In this document: positions 10,848 through 22,849 of the stretch, in pieces | How positions within the stretch are numbered: the first letter of the stretch is position 1 | Layout: every line of letters starts with the position of its first letter | From: Mesotaenium endlicherianum | Lineage: Eukaryota | DNA: 37,494 nt | Direction: 5' to 3' | Assembly: GCA_009602735.1 (NCBI GenBank) | Contig: WELA01001736.1 | Span: 298,748-336,241, forward strand | Made by a program: the position numbers and the translations under genes | Notes under the pieces: model-generated | What the model was told of the DNA's origin: nothing | Seen by the model: the letters and a program-made list of their open reading frames with translations, nothing else | The model's database searches: none

Positions 10848-12945
10848 CTGTGTGTGTGCGTGCATGTGTGCATTCGTGTGTGTGTGTGTGTGTGCGTGTG
10901 TGCGCGCATGTGCGTGTGCGTGCGTACGTGCGCATGTGTTTGTGTACGTGCGCGTGCGTGTATGTGAGTGAGAGTGCGGTCTAACCTCTCTGGGCTTTCA
11001 TGCATAAAACGCGTCGCGAATTTGCACACGTCGGGCATTTGCACGCATTGGGCATGTAACTCACTCCCTTGCGTGGTGCTGTGCACTTTGCCCGCAGTGC
11101 TGGTGTGGCTGAGCACCTTCGTGCTGAGCGCGTGCCACTACCGCGCCGAGCAGCGCAGAATCGGGGCCGTCTACGACCAGGAGCGCGCGCGCGCCCCCCA
11201 CCCCCCCGACGCGCGCTTCCCGCCATTCCTGCACCCCCACCCCCAGGAGGGCCCGCCAGATTCGCCCCCCCACCTCCCCTCCCTGGGCGGCTGGGCCTCG
11301 CCCCTGAGGGAGCGTCTCTCGAGGCTCCACCCGCGCAATCTCTTTGGGTGGGGGCGGTCAAACGATCCCCACCAGGGCCACCAGGGAGGGCAGGGCTGGA
11401 GCTCGCCGCAGGTGTCAAATCCTCCCCACCCGTACGCCCCCACCCCCGCGCCCAACCCCTACCCCTACGCCCCCCCCGGCTTGGATGACCAGCTTCCGAC
11501 CTCTCACGCCCCCTACCATCCTGCCGGCGCCGACGCGCCACCTTTTGCCCCGCCCTCCTTTGGCCCGGGAATGCCTCCCTCCGGCGGACAGTATGCGAGC
11601 GCTTACGGCGACTCTTACCGCGACAATAAGAAGGGCAGCAGCGGCAACAGCGGCAACGGCGGCAACAGCTTCTATGCTGATGCGAGCAATCCTAAGCAGG
11701 CCAAGAACGGGGAAGGGGGGTCAGCGTCGAACGAGCCGTCGGCTCCTCCCCTTCCCCTCCAAGGGGGTCCCTCGGGGAGCTTTGAAAAAAACATCCAGGA
11801 GCAGCGGGGGAGGGGAGAGGGGGAGAGGGAGAGGGAGGGGGGGGAAGGCGTGACGCAGAAGGAGAAGGAGGAGGGAGAGCTGTGTGCGATCTGCATGGAC
11901 AACAGGAAGGACTCCATCCTGCTGGACTGCGGGCACCGTGCCACCTGCGCGCCGTGTGGCCAAAGGTGGGCTCGCCACCTCATCCTGCCACCTCATCCCT
12001 CCAGCTTCTCCATTTGAGTGAGGGTTTCCTTTTTTCTCTCTATGTGTGGTTGTGTGGGGCTGTGGGTGTGTGTTACGCACATTGTGTGTGCGCGTGCGTG
12101 CGTGTGTTGTCTGGGGTCAATGCGGCGGGGAGGGCGGGGCTTTTGTTTCTCTGCCCCAACGCCGACTCCGCCATTGCTTCTTCTTGCTCTGTTCGCGTGC
12201 CACCTGGCCACCGCCACGTGTCATGCCTGGACTGGCTGTGTTCCACTGAGGTCCTCTACGGGGCTTTTATCAGTTGCCAGGTGGCGAGATATGCTCCTCG
12301 AGTCCCACATGCTCCAAGCAGCAGTCACACTAGCTCACAAGCTGAGTCGCAAGTGAATCCTCTCCTTTCTGATCTCTTGGGGTTCTCGGAGACCCCTTGC
12401 GTCGATTCAGTTAGCGCCCAGCCCCTCAACTCGAGTGCTTTGGTTTGCCTTGACTCCTGATGCCTTCGCCGTATTTGGTATTTTCAGAAGCTAATTTTAG
12501 CTCCAGACCTTGACTTCAGAAGAGGGCTGGGGCGTGACGTGTCATCCAACCAGGCATGCACGTGCCGTGGCTCTGATCTCCGACCTCTGGCCTCTGCCCT
12601 CTGGCTGCCTGTGCCAGCTGGCGACGATGCTCGGGAGGCTTGGATACTATCACGCTAGGCTAGGCACGTGTTCGCTTTTGGAATTGCTCACGCCAATGAG
12701 GAGCGCACGGTGAATCGCGAATCGCAAATCGCAAATCGCAAATCGGGGCACATCGGGTGCTCGCAAAACAACCAATGCGCCCATGCACGTGATGGCGGTG
12801 ACGTTCATATCGTGTGCGGTGCGTGCATCTCTGATGTTGCGTGTGGGTGGGTTGCGTATGCGGCAGGCTTTTGGAAAGGCCCTCGCCAGTGTGCCCCATT
12901 TGCAGGTCGTCGATCCGACAGGTCATCAAGATCTACGATGTGTAG
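3587..12945 (+). CDS. APD: APD1-4-like transmembrane RING-HC (C3HC4) E3 ubiquitin ligase
   Basis: Exons 3587-4340, 5055-5161 ([36 protein letters not shown]), 6887-6977 ([14 protein letters not shown]), 7615-7689 ([13 protein letters not shown]), 9387-9536, 10446-10512 ([17 protein letters not shown]), 11098-11965 ([25 protein letters not shown]), 12867-12945 ([17 protein letters not shown]). All are GT-AG. Motif order matches the plant APD family as I recall it (WxxxLNxGS, EW, WxVxxSYxPRW, C-terminal RING). One or two exons are probably hidden in gaps. Confidence 0.85.
6439..6837. other. Assembly gap
   Basis: N run. Confidence 1.
8549..8796. other. Assembly gap
   Basis: N run. Confidence 1.
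9055..9220. repeat. (TG/TGCG)n microsatellite, intronic
   Basis: Directly visible. Similar tracts occur at about 2040-2110, 7380-7610, 27770-27870, 29190-29340, 32815-33050 and 36845-36920. Confidence 0.9.
10645..10970. repeat. (TG)n microsatellite, intronic
   Basis: Directly visible long imperfect TG run. Confidence 0.9.
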
Positions 12946-13367
12946 AGGATAAAGGTGCGGCGAAAGGATGTAGAGGGGACGAGGAGGGGGACTGACCTCT
13001 TGAAACTTGCCAAAATAATGCCTTTAAGTGCCTCCTAGCCTCCTCAGGGATGCACGGATTGCCTGAAAGAGTTGGCAAAACCTGGGGCTTATAGTAATAT
13101 ATATAATAAATATATTCTGATTCCATACCTCCAAATAAGACAACCTGTTCTAGAGAAACATGCTAAGTACAAAATAGCCTGCTTGTATACAATGTTCTTA
13201 TGTAAAAGTAGATATACTTTTTTCTTTGGAAGAAACAGATCGATGCCTAATACTAACATGGGCGATTAATATTCAGGATCTTTCAATTGCAGTCTCGCAC
13301 TTGTGATGAAGTAATAGATGACACATTGCGATTTCTAGTAAAAGAAAGGCTTCTAAAAAATAAAATT

Positions 13368-13510
13368 TGTTAGACCTGTCGTGCGCTAGGAGGTCGGGTG
13401 CGTACTATCGACACAAGCAATGCATAATAAGCAAGCAGGCTTTGCTGCAATGAAGTCTACAATACATGGGGCTTTATAGCCAAAAAGGGAGGCAAGTGTT
13501 GGATGTTTCA
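13368..13510 (-). repeat. Putative short 3' LTR (about 143 bp)
   Basis: TG...CA ends. On the minus strand it is preceded by GGGGGGGG-AT (PPT) and contains TATAAA (plus strand tttata, about 13474-13479). No second copy found in the window. Confidence 0.5.
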
Positions 13511-13567
13511 ATCCCCCCCCAAGCTCTCAGCCTCCAGCTGATGAGCTGTTGCTGCCTAGTGCTAACG

Positions 13568-16500
13568 CTAAGCACTTGCGACAGAACCAGTCTCAGCTGG
13601 CACGTGCGCCAGTTGTAGGTTTGGGCAGCCGACGTGAAAGCCGTAGAGAGTGGTCATGGCCGGCCGTCGGTCCACGATGTCAAGCGGCAAAGAAGCCGTG
13701 CGAGTTCCTCCTGAACGCCAGGCGGGCCGATACTGGACGCGCTCGGTCCAGTTGTCAACCGCGGCGCCGATGGGAAAGAGCACCTCCTGTCCCAAGAGGA
13801 CGTCAAAGGTCTCAGAGCGAGTCACGAGAATGTGCCGATGGATGGTTGTCTCGTCCGCTGTCCCTGGCCTGAAGGTGAAGCGAAGCGCCAGTCGCGTGCG
13901 CCCGGTCACGAACTCGGAGGTGCCAGCTGCCGTGTTGATCCGCGTCGGCGAATCCTCCAAGTCGTTCGAAGAGAGGCCCAGCCGTCGGAAGTAGCTGAGG
14001 CTAATGAGGACCGGCTGCGCGCCCGTGTTGAACATGATCCGCTGCGGGGCCTGAGTGTTGACGAGCACGATCCCCTGCGGGTTTTCCAAAAAGGCGGCGT
14101 TAGGACTGCTTATCATTCTGCGCTCATGCGCAGGTCGCGCGGGTGCAGAGAGCACCGCGGCTGCGGCGTCAGACGCTGGCTTGCCCGCGGCGGTGCGTAG
14201 ACCGGCACCGCGAGGCTGCAGCAGCAGGTGAGCTGCCTGCCTCGTCGCCTCCAGCGTTACTCCAAGGTCTCCGAAGGAGACCGCTGGCATGCGGTGCAAG
14301 GCCAGGGAGACGACTTCAGCGTTGAGCTGCACCGTCGTCATAGGCGAGGCGAGCGCGTGAGGCGCGAGAGCAACAGGCGCTGGCGGCGGCTCGAGCACGC
14401 GGAAGGAACGCGGAAGACGTGGTGCCTCCTCTGTGCGGCGTCCCTGGTCAGGCCCATTTCTCTTGTGTGAGGCTGCTGGCCGACCGGCTGCTGTCAGCAG
14501 CATACGCTCGCGTGGTGTCCTAGCGGCTGTTGCGCTCCTGCCAAGTGGCAGCGTGCGTGCGTGGCAGACGAAGGTGGTCGAGGCGTGCGTGGAGCGACGA
14601 GAGGGCGTAGTCGCGGCGGCTGCAAGCAGGTGCGAGCCGGACCTGTGTCGAACCTCTGCCAGGCCTGTGCCTAGCCTACTCCCAACTTGGCCTGAACCTC
14701 TGCCAGACTTCTGCCAGACCTGCGGCAGGTTTGTCCCAGACCTGTGCCAGGCCGGAGATGCTGTGGTAGGGCGCGTGGCAACGTAGGAGCCGTCCGCGTT
14801 GTTGGCTGCCGGTGTTGCGCCATGTGCGCAACTGCTGTGCGCAGCTGGTGTCGGAGCTGTGTCGACTGCGCTGCTGCCGAACGTGCGTTGAGCAACTTGT
14901 TGCGTCGGTATAGATGGGCGTGTGCGCCTGGCCATGCCACTGCCGAAGGTCGGCGCTTTGGCCAGCGTGTGCGCGATACGTGGCGGCGGCCGCTGGGACC
15001 TGCTGCTAGCAGCAGCCAGCAGCGGGCGGCTGTCCCGTGGCTGCGTGCTCGTGCGCAACACTGGGCACGTCCGCGCGGCCGTAACTCGCATGGCTGCTGA
15101 AGCTGCAGCCGGAATGACCGACTGGGGGGTCCGCGTCAGGGCGTCACCTGTCGCTGCACATGCGCTGTGCAGCCCTGCTGGCTCCATCAGGGCAGCGCAC
15201 GCGAAGGGCGCGTGTGTCGACGCCTTTGCGGGCTGCGCTGGCTGCTGCGGGGACCCGTCGGTGGGTACGCTCGCATCGTCGACTGTCAGGACTACACAGG
15301 CCTTGGGCCTGCCATCGATCAACCTGTTGGTACTCGCCGTGTCGTTGCTGACAGGTGTCAGCGCGGGGCGAGGCGGGCTTGCATAGGCGTTGATGTCGGT
15401 GCCTGCGGCCTTCGTCATGGGCGCTCCGTCGTCGTGCGGACGTGCGCGAGGCGGCTGCGTTGACCCGTCAGCGGGGCCGTGTGCAGCGTGGGTTGCTAGG
15501 ACTGCACAGGCCGAGGGCCTGCCACCTGTCAGCTTGTCGAGGCCCGCCCTGTTGCTGCTGATAGGTGTCAGAGCCGGGCGCGATGTATCTGCAAACGCGT
15601 CACTGTCGGCGTATGCAGCCCTCGTCGAGAGCGCTTCGTCGTCGTGCGGACGTGCGCGTAGCTGCAGCATTGACCCGTCAGCGGGGTCATGTGCAGCGTG
15701 GGCTTCCAGAGCTGCGCAGGCCTGGGGTCTGCCATCTGTCAGCGCATTGGCGCATACCCTCTCGCAACTGAGAGGTGTCAGCGCGAGGTGCGTTGGGACT
15801 GTAGACGCATCGCCGTCGGCGCCTGCAGCTCCCGTCGTAGGCGCTTCGTCGTCATGCGGACGTGAGCGTGGTTGCAGCGCTGTTGCTACGCAATTTGGCA
15901 GGCACTCTGGCTGCCTAATGTCGGCGCTGGGGGTGTACGCAAGAGTCGCGCCACCACCCTTGTAACGTCGGTCGAAGGATCGTGCATGAACTGCGCTGCG
16001 CACGCATCATAGCTGTCGGCGACGTAGAGGCCTCGTAGACGCGCGATCTCGGCGTTGGCCTCCACGAGCGCATCGCTAATGTCGTCAAAGCTGCAATAGT
16101 CGACCCCAAGGATTAGCGCGGCATTCGTTGTAGCCGTAGCTGTCGTCATAGGCGCTCTGTCGTAATGCGGGCGTGCGCATGGCTGCAATGCTGCTGCTGC
16201 GGCATGTGGCCGGCACAGGGACTGCCATATGTCGGCATTGGGCGTGCGTGCACGTGCTGCGTTGTCGCCAGATGTCAGTGCCACAGCGTCGGCCGGGAGT
16301 GCGTGTGCGTTCAAGGCTCCGCAGGCGTCGAAGCTGTCGGCAGCGAATAGGGCGCGGAGTCGTGCGTTCTCCGCCTCGGACGCAGCTAGCGCATCGCTGA
16401 GATTGTCGTAGTTGAAGATGTCCTCCCTGGGGGTCAGCGCGGCGTTTGTCGTAGCCGTGGCTGCCGTGATTGTGGGGCGTCCTCTTATGCGAGGGTTTTG

Positions 16501-17657
16501 CATGCCTTGCTGGCCTGAAGAGGGCGCAGGATCATCATGAGCGCATCCAACCTCCGTGTCGCGCTGCTTCTGCAAGCATACGACTTGCAAATGGCCTGCC
16601 TTGCCGCAGTAGGTGCAGTCGCCTGGCCTGCCGTTCTGCGCCAGAGTGCACTCACGACGTGTGTGGCCCGTCTCTCCACATGCCCAGCAAAGGTCGCCCG
16701 TCATTGCGGCCATGGAGATACGGCCACGTGGCGCGTTGTGAGACTGCGTCTGTGCTGGCAACTGCGAGCGTTGCGATTGCTGCTGCTGACGCTGGCGGGC
16801 AGGATCGAAGCGTGCTGTCGAGGAGGGCAACACCGGTGCTTCCTGGCGTATGCCAGTGGATGCCAGGTCCACACGATCGCTGATGTTGCTCCGTGCGGCA
16901 GCCAGACTTTGACGTTCTACAGCTTTGTAGGCGTCCTCCAGCATGTAGTCGACGTCGGCGCCATCAATAAGAGGAGCGATGGCCCTCTCCTTCAGACGCG
17001 GATCGATGGCTCGCAAGAAGATCTCCGCAGCCTCCCGGTCGGTGACAGTGCCCACGTCTCGTCGTAGGTGGATCAGGCACCGGTACATCATGCGAATCGT
17101 CTCATCCTTGCGGCAATAGAAGCGGTGCAGCTCGTACACCTTCTCTTTGGTGGCAGACTGAAACTCCTCTCTGAGAACGTTCCAGAAGGCCTGGACAGGA
17201 TCAGCTATGGGGGTGTCCACTGGCGGGTCCCCCACGGGCTTTGTGCGTGCGTAGATCTCAGCCGACTTCTCACGGTAGGTGTCGTGAGCCTCGTGAAGAA
17301 GGTAACGCATAAGCGTGCCAAACACCAGGCGTTTGGTGAGCGTAGGAGTCTTGAGCTTTGCGTTCTCAAAGTCAGCCTCGAACTCAGAGATGGTGTCGTC
17401 CAGATCACAGTGCCTGGCCTACCGCTGAAACGGAAGAGAGAGGCCCTATCTACCTTCGTATCTTGGTCTCCAACCATAGGGCTCTGTAGATCAATGTAAG
17501 TCCAATGAGGCTGTGGCTCAATGACAGCTACAGGCTGAAGAGGCACTTGATGATCCCCTTCAGAAGGTTCAGTGATGGCACTGAGATCAGAGTCTGAGTC
17601 TTCCCCACTAACCCTTTCGTAGTAAGGCTGATAAGCGAGCCCACTACGAGTAGGCAT
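13568..17657 (-). pseudogene. Gag-protease polyprotein with two frameshifts and a D-to-N active-site change
   Basis: Starts MPTRSG at 17657. Frameshift near 17407 (FSGRPGTV / DLDDTISEFE). Zinc knuckles CWACGETGHTRREC and CTYCGKAGHLQVVC. Second frameshift near 15995. Protease motifs IMFNTGAQPVLIS (NTG in place of DTG) and FDVLLG. Confidence 0.8.
15250..16460 (-). repeat. Coding tandem repeats within the retroelement ORF (210-bp units and a 321-bp pair)
   Basis: gcgctycgtcgtcrtgcggacgtg recurs at 15421, 15631 and 15841 (exact 210-bp period; RPHDDxAP in protein). An ATATTNAAL...DxLSDAL..A.AE.ARLR block recurs at about 16114 and 16435. Confidence 0.85.
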
Positions 17658-19249
17658 ACGCTGAAGATTCTAAATGCTTGTAAGCGAAGCAAAGAGAGAT
17701 CTTTTTAGAAGTAAAGGAGTGTGTACTCTCCAGAGTGAGCACCTCAAGACTGTAATCTGGTAGGAAAACAACTAATGAAGTCTGGCTCAAAAGATCACTA
17801 GAAGCACATCATGATCTTCAAGAGTAGTCCTATGGCAGGGGGTATAAGCTGTGACTTTGCTCACCACTTGTGAAGTTCTTCTAGTGACCGGAAGCCAGCA
17901 AGGCTTGCTCTTCACAAGAGAGAGACTAAGTGGTCCTGAAAATACAAGAGATAGAAGTGTAAGCCTTACTGATAATCTCTGTGACTTACAACCGGCATAA
18001 TGGGGACTTCTAAAAAGATGTCTCTCTAGGGACATCTCTAGCACTTATACTCCTGGAAACCCGGCGGGTTAGGCGCGGATTCAATGCATTTAGTCTTCAT
18101 CTAAGATCTACCTTTGCATACACACACATATACCTATCGTGCTAGCGCTCCAATAGGCTAGTTACTACTCAATCCAATCAAAAGCGAGATGCTAGAATAT
18201 GCTAAATGCTTGTGATAGGTCGAGCTCACTTTAGCACATGCTAAGCTTGTAAGACAAGCTTGCACACTTATGTTTGTGCAATTGGACGGTTGCCTGCTAA
18301 GCTGTGGTACTCCTGCAGGCTGTGACGGTTCCTGTCGGCTGAGCACATCTTGGTCGGGTGCGCATGGGCCAACCAACGGGCTGCAGCTGTCGGTCGGTGG
18401 CCCTTAATGCCCTTTGTGGCCTCGCTACTTGGGTGTCGGGCACTTAGGAGTGCCTGGGCCCAAGTGACGGGCATTTAAGTGCCCCTGGGCCACTTGAAGG
18501 TGCCCGCCACCTTCGAGTGGCGCCACGTGGCCTCGGTGGCTCCCGTCGCTTGGCGCCGAGAACAATTAATGCTCGGGCTGGCTGTCGTGTGAACCTGGGC
18601 CAAGCGCGGAAGCCCGCCACCTTCCGGTAGCTCCACGTGGCCCCTTTGACTCTTGTTGCCTTTGCTTCGTGCTGTTGCTTGAGTCCCTGCGGCCTGTAGT
18701 GGCTACGAATACAAAGTCAAGTACCTCCGTCCTGTTTTGGACGAGGTATTTGGCTTGTACCCGCGGTGCGTCTAGTAGGTCTGGCGCACTTGACAAGTGT
18801 TGACTTGTCACGTGGCATCTATCCCCTAGGCATGCGAGCATAGCAACTTAATAAACTAAATTACACAAATGCAAAAAGGCAAATGCCCGTTTGAGGTTGA
18901 TCGCTCACACGCTTGTAGCTCGTGCAACGACTTCGACTCAACAATTTATGACAGACCCTCTATGTGCCCAACTTTGCATTGTAACAAGTTGCGGTTTTGC
19001 TATACTATGTGCACTTTGAATCACAATCTTAAAGGAGTACTAATTATACACATGCTAGCTTCAAGCAATTTATAACTTTCATTTATCACATGAACATTCA
19101 GAGTTGCCCAAATCACATTATAAACAAGTGTGGGTATACATCCTTGCACACACAACCAATGTACGTTACATGGATGCATGCATCAAAGCACATTACTTGT
19201 TTTCTTACATGTGCTTTTTAGACTCCTCTCAAACTTTAACCGCAAAAAG

Positions 19250-22200
19250 ATTGGTTGCAAAACCATCGTGACTAGTGCATTCGTGCATATAAAAAAAAAT
19301 AAAAAAATCTGCGTTTTAGTTGATCCAAATGCGCCAAATTCCTATTGCGTAATTGGCAATACCTTTATAATTGTTGCCTGCAACATTGTTGATTTGCCTA
19401 CTAATGGGAGTAATAAAATGAATGTGTCTATGTCATTGTACTCAACTCCCACGTGCAAGCACCCGGGAAATCATGACATTTGTTGGTGGTCATCCCTCTA
19501 TCTCAAGTTATTCAACTGTGTAGAGGTTATCATTCTCCTTGTACATATTGGTGCTAGTCTTTTGTAACTCGTCATCGTCGTTTCATTGGAAACTTTGAAA
19601 GCTTAAGTCAAAGAGAGCTCCTCAAGCTTTGATAACATTTATATGTTGCTTCGAAGTTCCAGGGAAATAGTATTGTCAAAAATAATATACTGAATCTCCA
19701 AATTTATTGGGAAAGTTGGTCCATACATTTTTTGTATGAAGGATAAACTTGAAGCGCAATTGGTTGCGTTTGATCTGGTACCAAATGAAGGTGCCCCAAT
19801 GTTTGATTTTTGCCAAAGGTTTTGTTTACGTTTTTGGACGCTTTTTCAAGAAATATATTGAGGATTTGGTTCCTGGCCAAAAGTTGGTTAGCTTGGGTCC
19901 ATTGTCTTGCAGTCTGGAAAGCATAAACATCTCCCTGGACTTCTTTAACCAAAGGAAAACTTCTTGTGTACTTGAAGCAAGAGATAACTCTCAGGGTCTT
20001 GCCAAACCTGAGATCTTTGATATCAACTGTCCATGAACTCTCATAAGTCATAAATTACATAACCAGCTCTAGGAAAAGGTTGAGTGTGATAGAGGCTACA
20101 TTGTGATTGTCAAAATGATTGAAAATCGTAACTGGAATTCTGGGCTAACCTCTGGAAGTAGAAGAACCTTTTATGACCACTCTGGTTTATTAATTGGAAA
20201 TTGTTTGAACATGGTTATGGTGTAGAGGCTTGTTATGACACTGAAGGTAGGCTTCATTAATATGGTCCGTCAAGCTAACGTGGTAAGCTTTGTGACCTTG
20301 ACCAGGTAGCCTCTATTGAACATATGAGCTAGTTCATGAGGGGCTTGAATCAACTTAGATATTTTTGCTTGTCAACATAGAGCCACATAAAGCTACAGTT
20401 TATTATGACCTTAAGGAACTTGAGGACATTGGTAGGTTGTAGAACATCCTTCTGCATATTGACAACATATCTAGAAGAGTGAAAGCTATGGAGTACCCTG
20501 TTCACATGTCTTTGGTGCAAATCCATTGTTCTTGCACAGCGGAGGAAGTCATCCAATATGGAAGAACTTCTATACATTCTAACTCTTCACCTGCTTACTA
20601 AGTCTCTCCACCTTTGAGAGCCCTTGTGAAAGAATGTGAAGCGATAACTAGACCAAATAGTAAGGAGAATTATATAACTCACACTTTCCAACTTGAATGC
20701 CAAGATTCTATGGAAGACAGGGTGCATTGAAACGTGGTGTCATCCTACTTTCAGATCTGCAACAAACATATAAAACATTTTTCATGATATAAAGATTAAA
20801 AGATCTGAAAACTAGCCCTTAGCCATTCATTACTATTTGAAGTCATACAATGCTTCAAGCTCTTTGGGTCCTGGCCTACCTATTACCTCTAATGACCTTG
20901 GAAAATTTTCATCTAGTTTGGTGCTTGCTGTCTTGACATATTGACTCGGGCAGGAACCTGTTGGTTGAGGTTGGGAGGACAATTGAAATTATTGTTGGTT
21001 GGATTGGACCGCTGGATTGGTTGGTTCTGAGGGAGCTGTTGCCACCGTTTGAGAGACAACTTCGGAAAAATACATATTACACTGACAATCTTTTGAGGTA
21101 TGATTAGGATTATTGCAAATAGAAGTATTCTCACTATATTTGACAACTTGGGGAATAAGTTGACGTTGGCAAGGGGACTTTTCAAGCTTCATTATTGAGT
21201 GCTAGGCTATTGATATCTCCCCCTTTGCTAAGAACGTGGTTACTTTATCATCCCACTCCATTTTAACCTTGTCCATACTCATAGACGTGCCCACTTCCAC
21301 CACAATGTCCTAACCATGCAGGTCAGCAGTATTGGCCTGGCGAGCTTTATGCGATACACATAATAAACCTTTTGCTTGTAGTTGCCTAGCTTCCTACAAG
21401 TCCTATGTTGAAATATAGTATTAAATGAATTAGATGTTTTATTGGTATTGAAATGAAAGAATTGACATCGATGCTCTGTAGAGCTATCTATTGATAGTTA
21501 TACTTTAGTCAACTAAGTGCCTGGTCCTTGAGTTGACCATCTAGGTTGACCAAGTGTCATAGAGCGGTTAGTGACTCCAAATCAGATTTTGAGATAGCCT
21601 GGAATCACGAGTGGATTGTTCTGGATTGCACCCAAGGGGTGGTTTGACAAGGTCAGACATCCTGTCTGCCTGTCACAATGTACTTCACCTGCTCACAGAG
21701 TTAGTGTCATTCATTCAGTAAAAAAAAGTGTTATGAAGCTATGAGTTACACCTGTGCTAATAGTGATAATATGCTAATAGAGTAACCATGGTTGACCCAC
21801 CAAATTCACAACATCCTACTTGTCCAATGCTGTATAGGCATCATCAATAAGATCCACCACGTCAGAATAGACCTTTATATGTAGGCAACGGACATCATCC
21901 AACCTCACGTTGTCCATACTGTCCTGGTTCATCTTCATATGTTCTTCTCGTTGTATTCATGCACTTTTTACTGTCAGAGCACTAGATAATTTGTCTCAAC
22001 CACGATCATTGTTAATTATTGTAGGTGACCAAGGTGTTGAGTAATTGATGTTAAAGTAGGGCTCATGGCCAAGGGGTCCAGTGGCAGTGGCAGTACCAAC
22101 ACCTGCGTGGAGCGTGTAATTTTGTCAAAATCTTCATGTCAAATTGAGCAATCAAGCGCTCTAAAACCATTGCTTGTATTGAGCTTGCTGGGTAGCTCTT

Positions 22201-22400
22201 CTGGAGGAACCACCAAGAGTATTTTCGGATTGGGATCTTTTATTAGGTTGACATTGAGTGCGAGGGAGAATCTCTTTTATGACTCCTTCAACAAAAATAG
22301 GAGTGAAATTATTGGAGCAAGCCTTAGCTCAGCCATGACTATAGCCTAAAGAGAAGCACAAAGATAATAATTTTTTAAAGTGGTGACATTTTGCAAATAT
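19250..22400 (-). mobile_element. Highly degenerate DIRS-type (tyrosine recombinase) retrotransposon
   Basis: Broken minus-strand frames give RT motifs MFVADLKVG*HHVSMHP...LAF, LLFGL..ASHSFTR, PY(L)DDFL and VVNMQKDVLQPTNVLKFLKVII (about 20350-20770), typical of DIRS1-like RT. A knuckle remnant xSICNNPNHTSKDC lies at about 21085-21130 and a weak YR C-terminal remnant at about 19280-19415. Many stops; AT-rich; boundaries approximate. Confidence 0.7.
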
Positions 22401-22849
22401 ATGCGAAGTAGCTTGAGAGCAAAGATAGGACATGGAAGGGAGTACGGCAAACTCTAACAACACCAAGTAAATTTCTATTGCAATGATATCTCGATTTACT
22501 TGCCTGCTTATGTAGCGTAAACATTGTCATAATTTAGTCTCGTTTACGTCGAGAGAAAATTGAGTGAACTTTAAGAAACTGAGTTGCACGTTCCATGCAG
22601 ATCCAGATCACATGTGAAAGTGCAAAAGTTTTCCGCACTCAATCTTTTTTTTAAATCGTCAGGTTGGAACCGGTTTGAACCTATAGCCGGCGGCGCTCCT
22701 GGTAGCTCACGCTTATTCAAATCCTTGTGTCCTCGTCACTCCTGTCCTTTTTAATACCGTGTCGTTCTGGTGTCGTTAGCACTCGTTGCGTGTGGTTCTT
22801 GTATTTACGGTCGTATTGTCGTGTGTTTGCACGAGCGTGGACAACGTAA

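Larger units (their letters stand above)
13368..18845 (-). mobile_element. Non-autonomous LTR-type retroelement (Gag + aspartic protease only), degenerate
   Basis: Gag with two CCHC knuckles, then a retropepsin-like domain, a stop at 13568, a G-run PPT (13513-13520) and a TG..CA segment (13368-13510). No RT, RNaseH or integrase. The right boundary is estimated from the GC-to-AT composition shift at about 18845. Confidence 0.7.

Noticed and set aside
12711..12745. (AAATCGC)n heptamer run, and the hexamer run at 35228-35292
   Set aside because: Ordinary short intronic tandem repeats with no further signal.
15985..16005. Programmed gag/pol frameshift
   Set aside because: No slippery heptamer. 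Alignment with neighbouring repeat units (ACAALEAHA, ACAVLATHA) indicates a small deletion instead.
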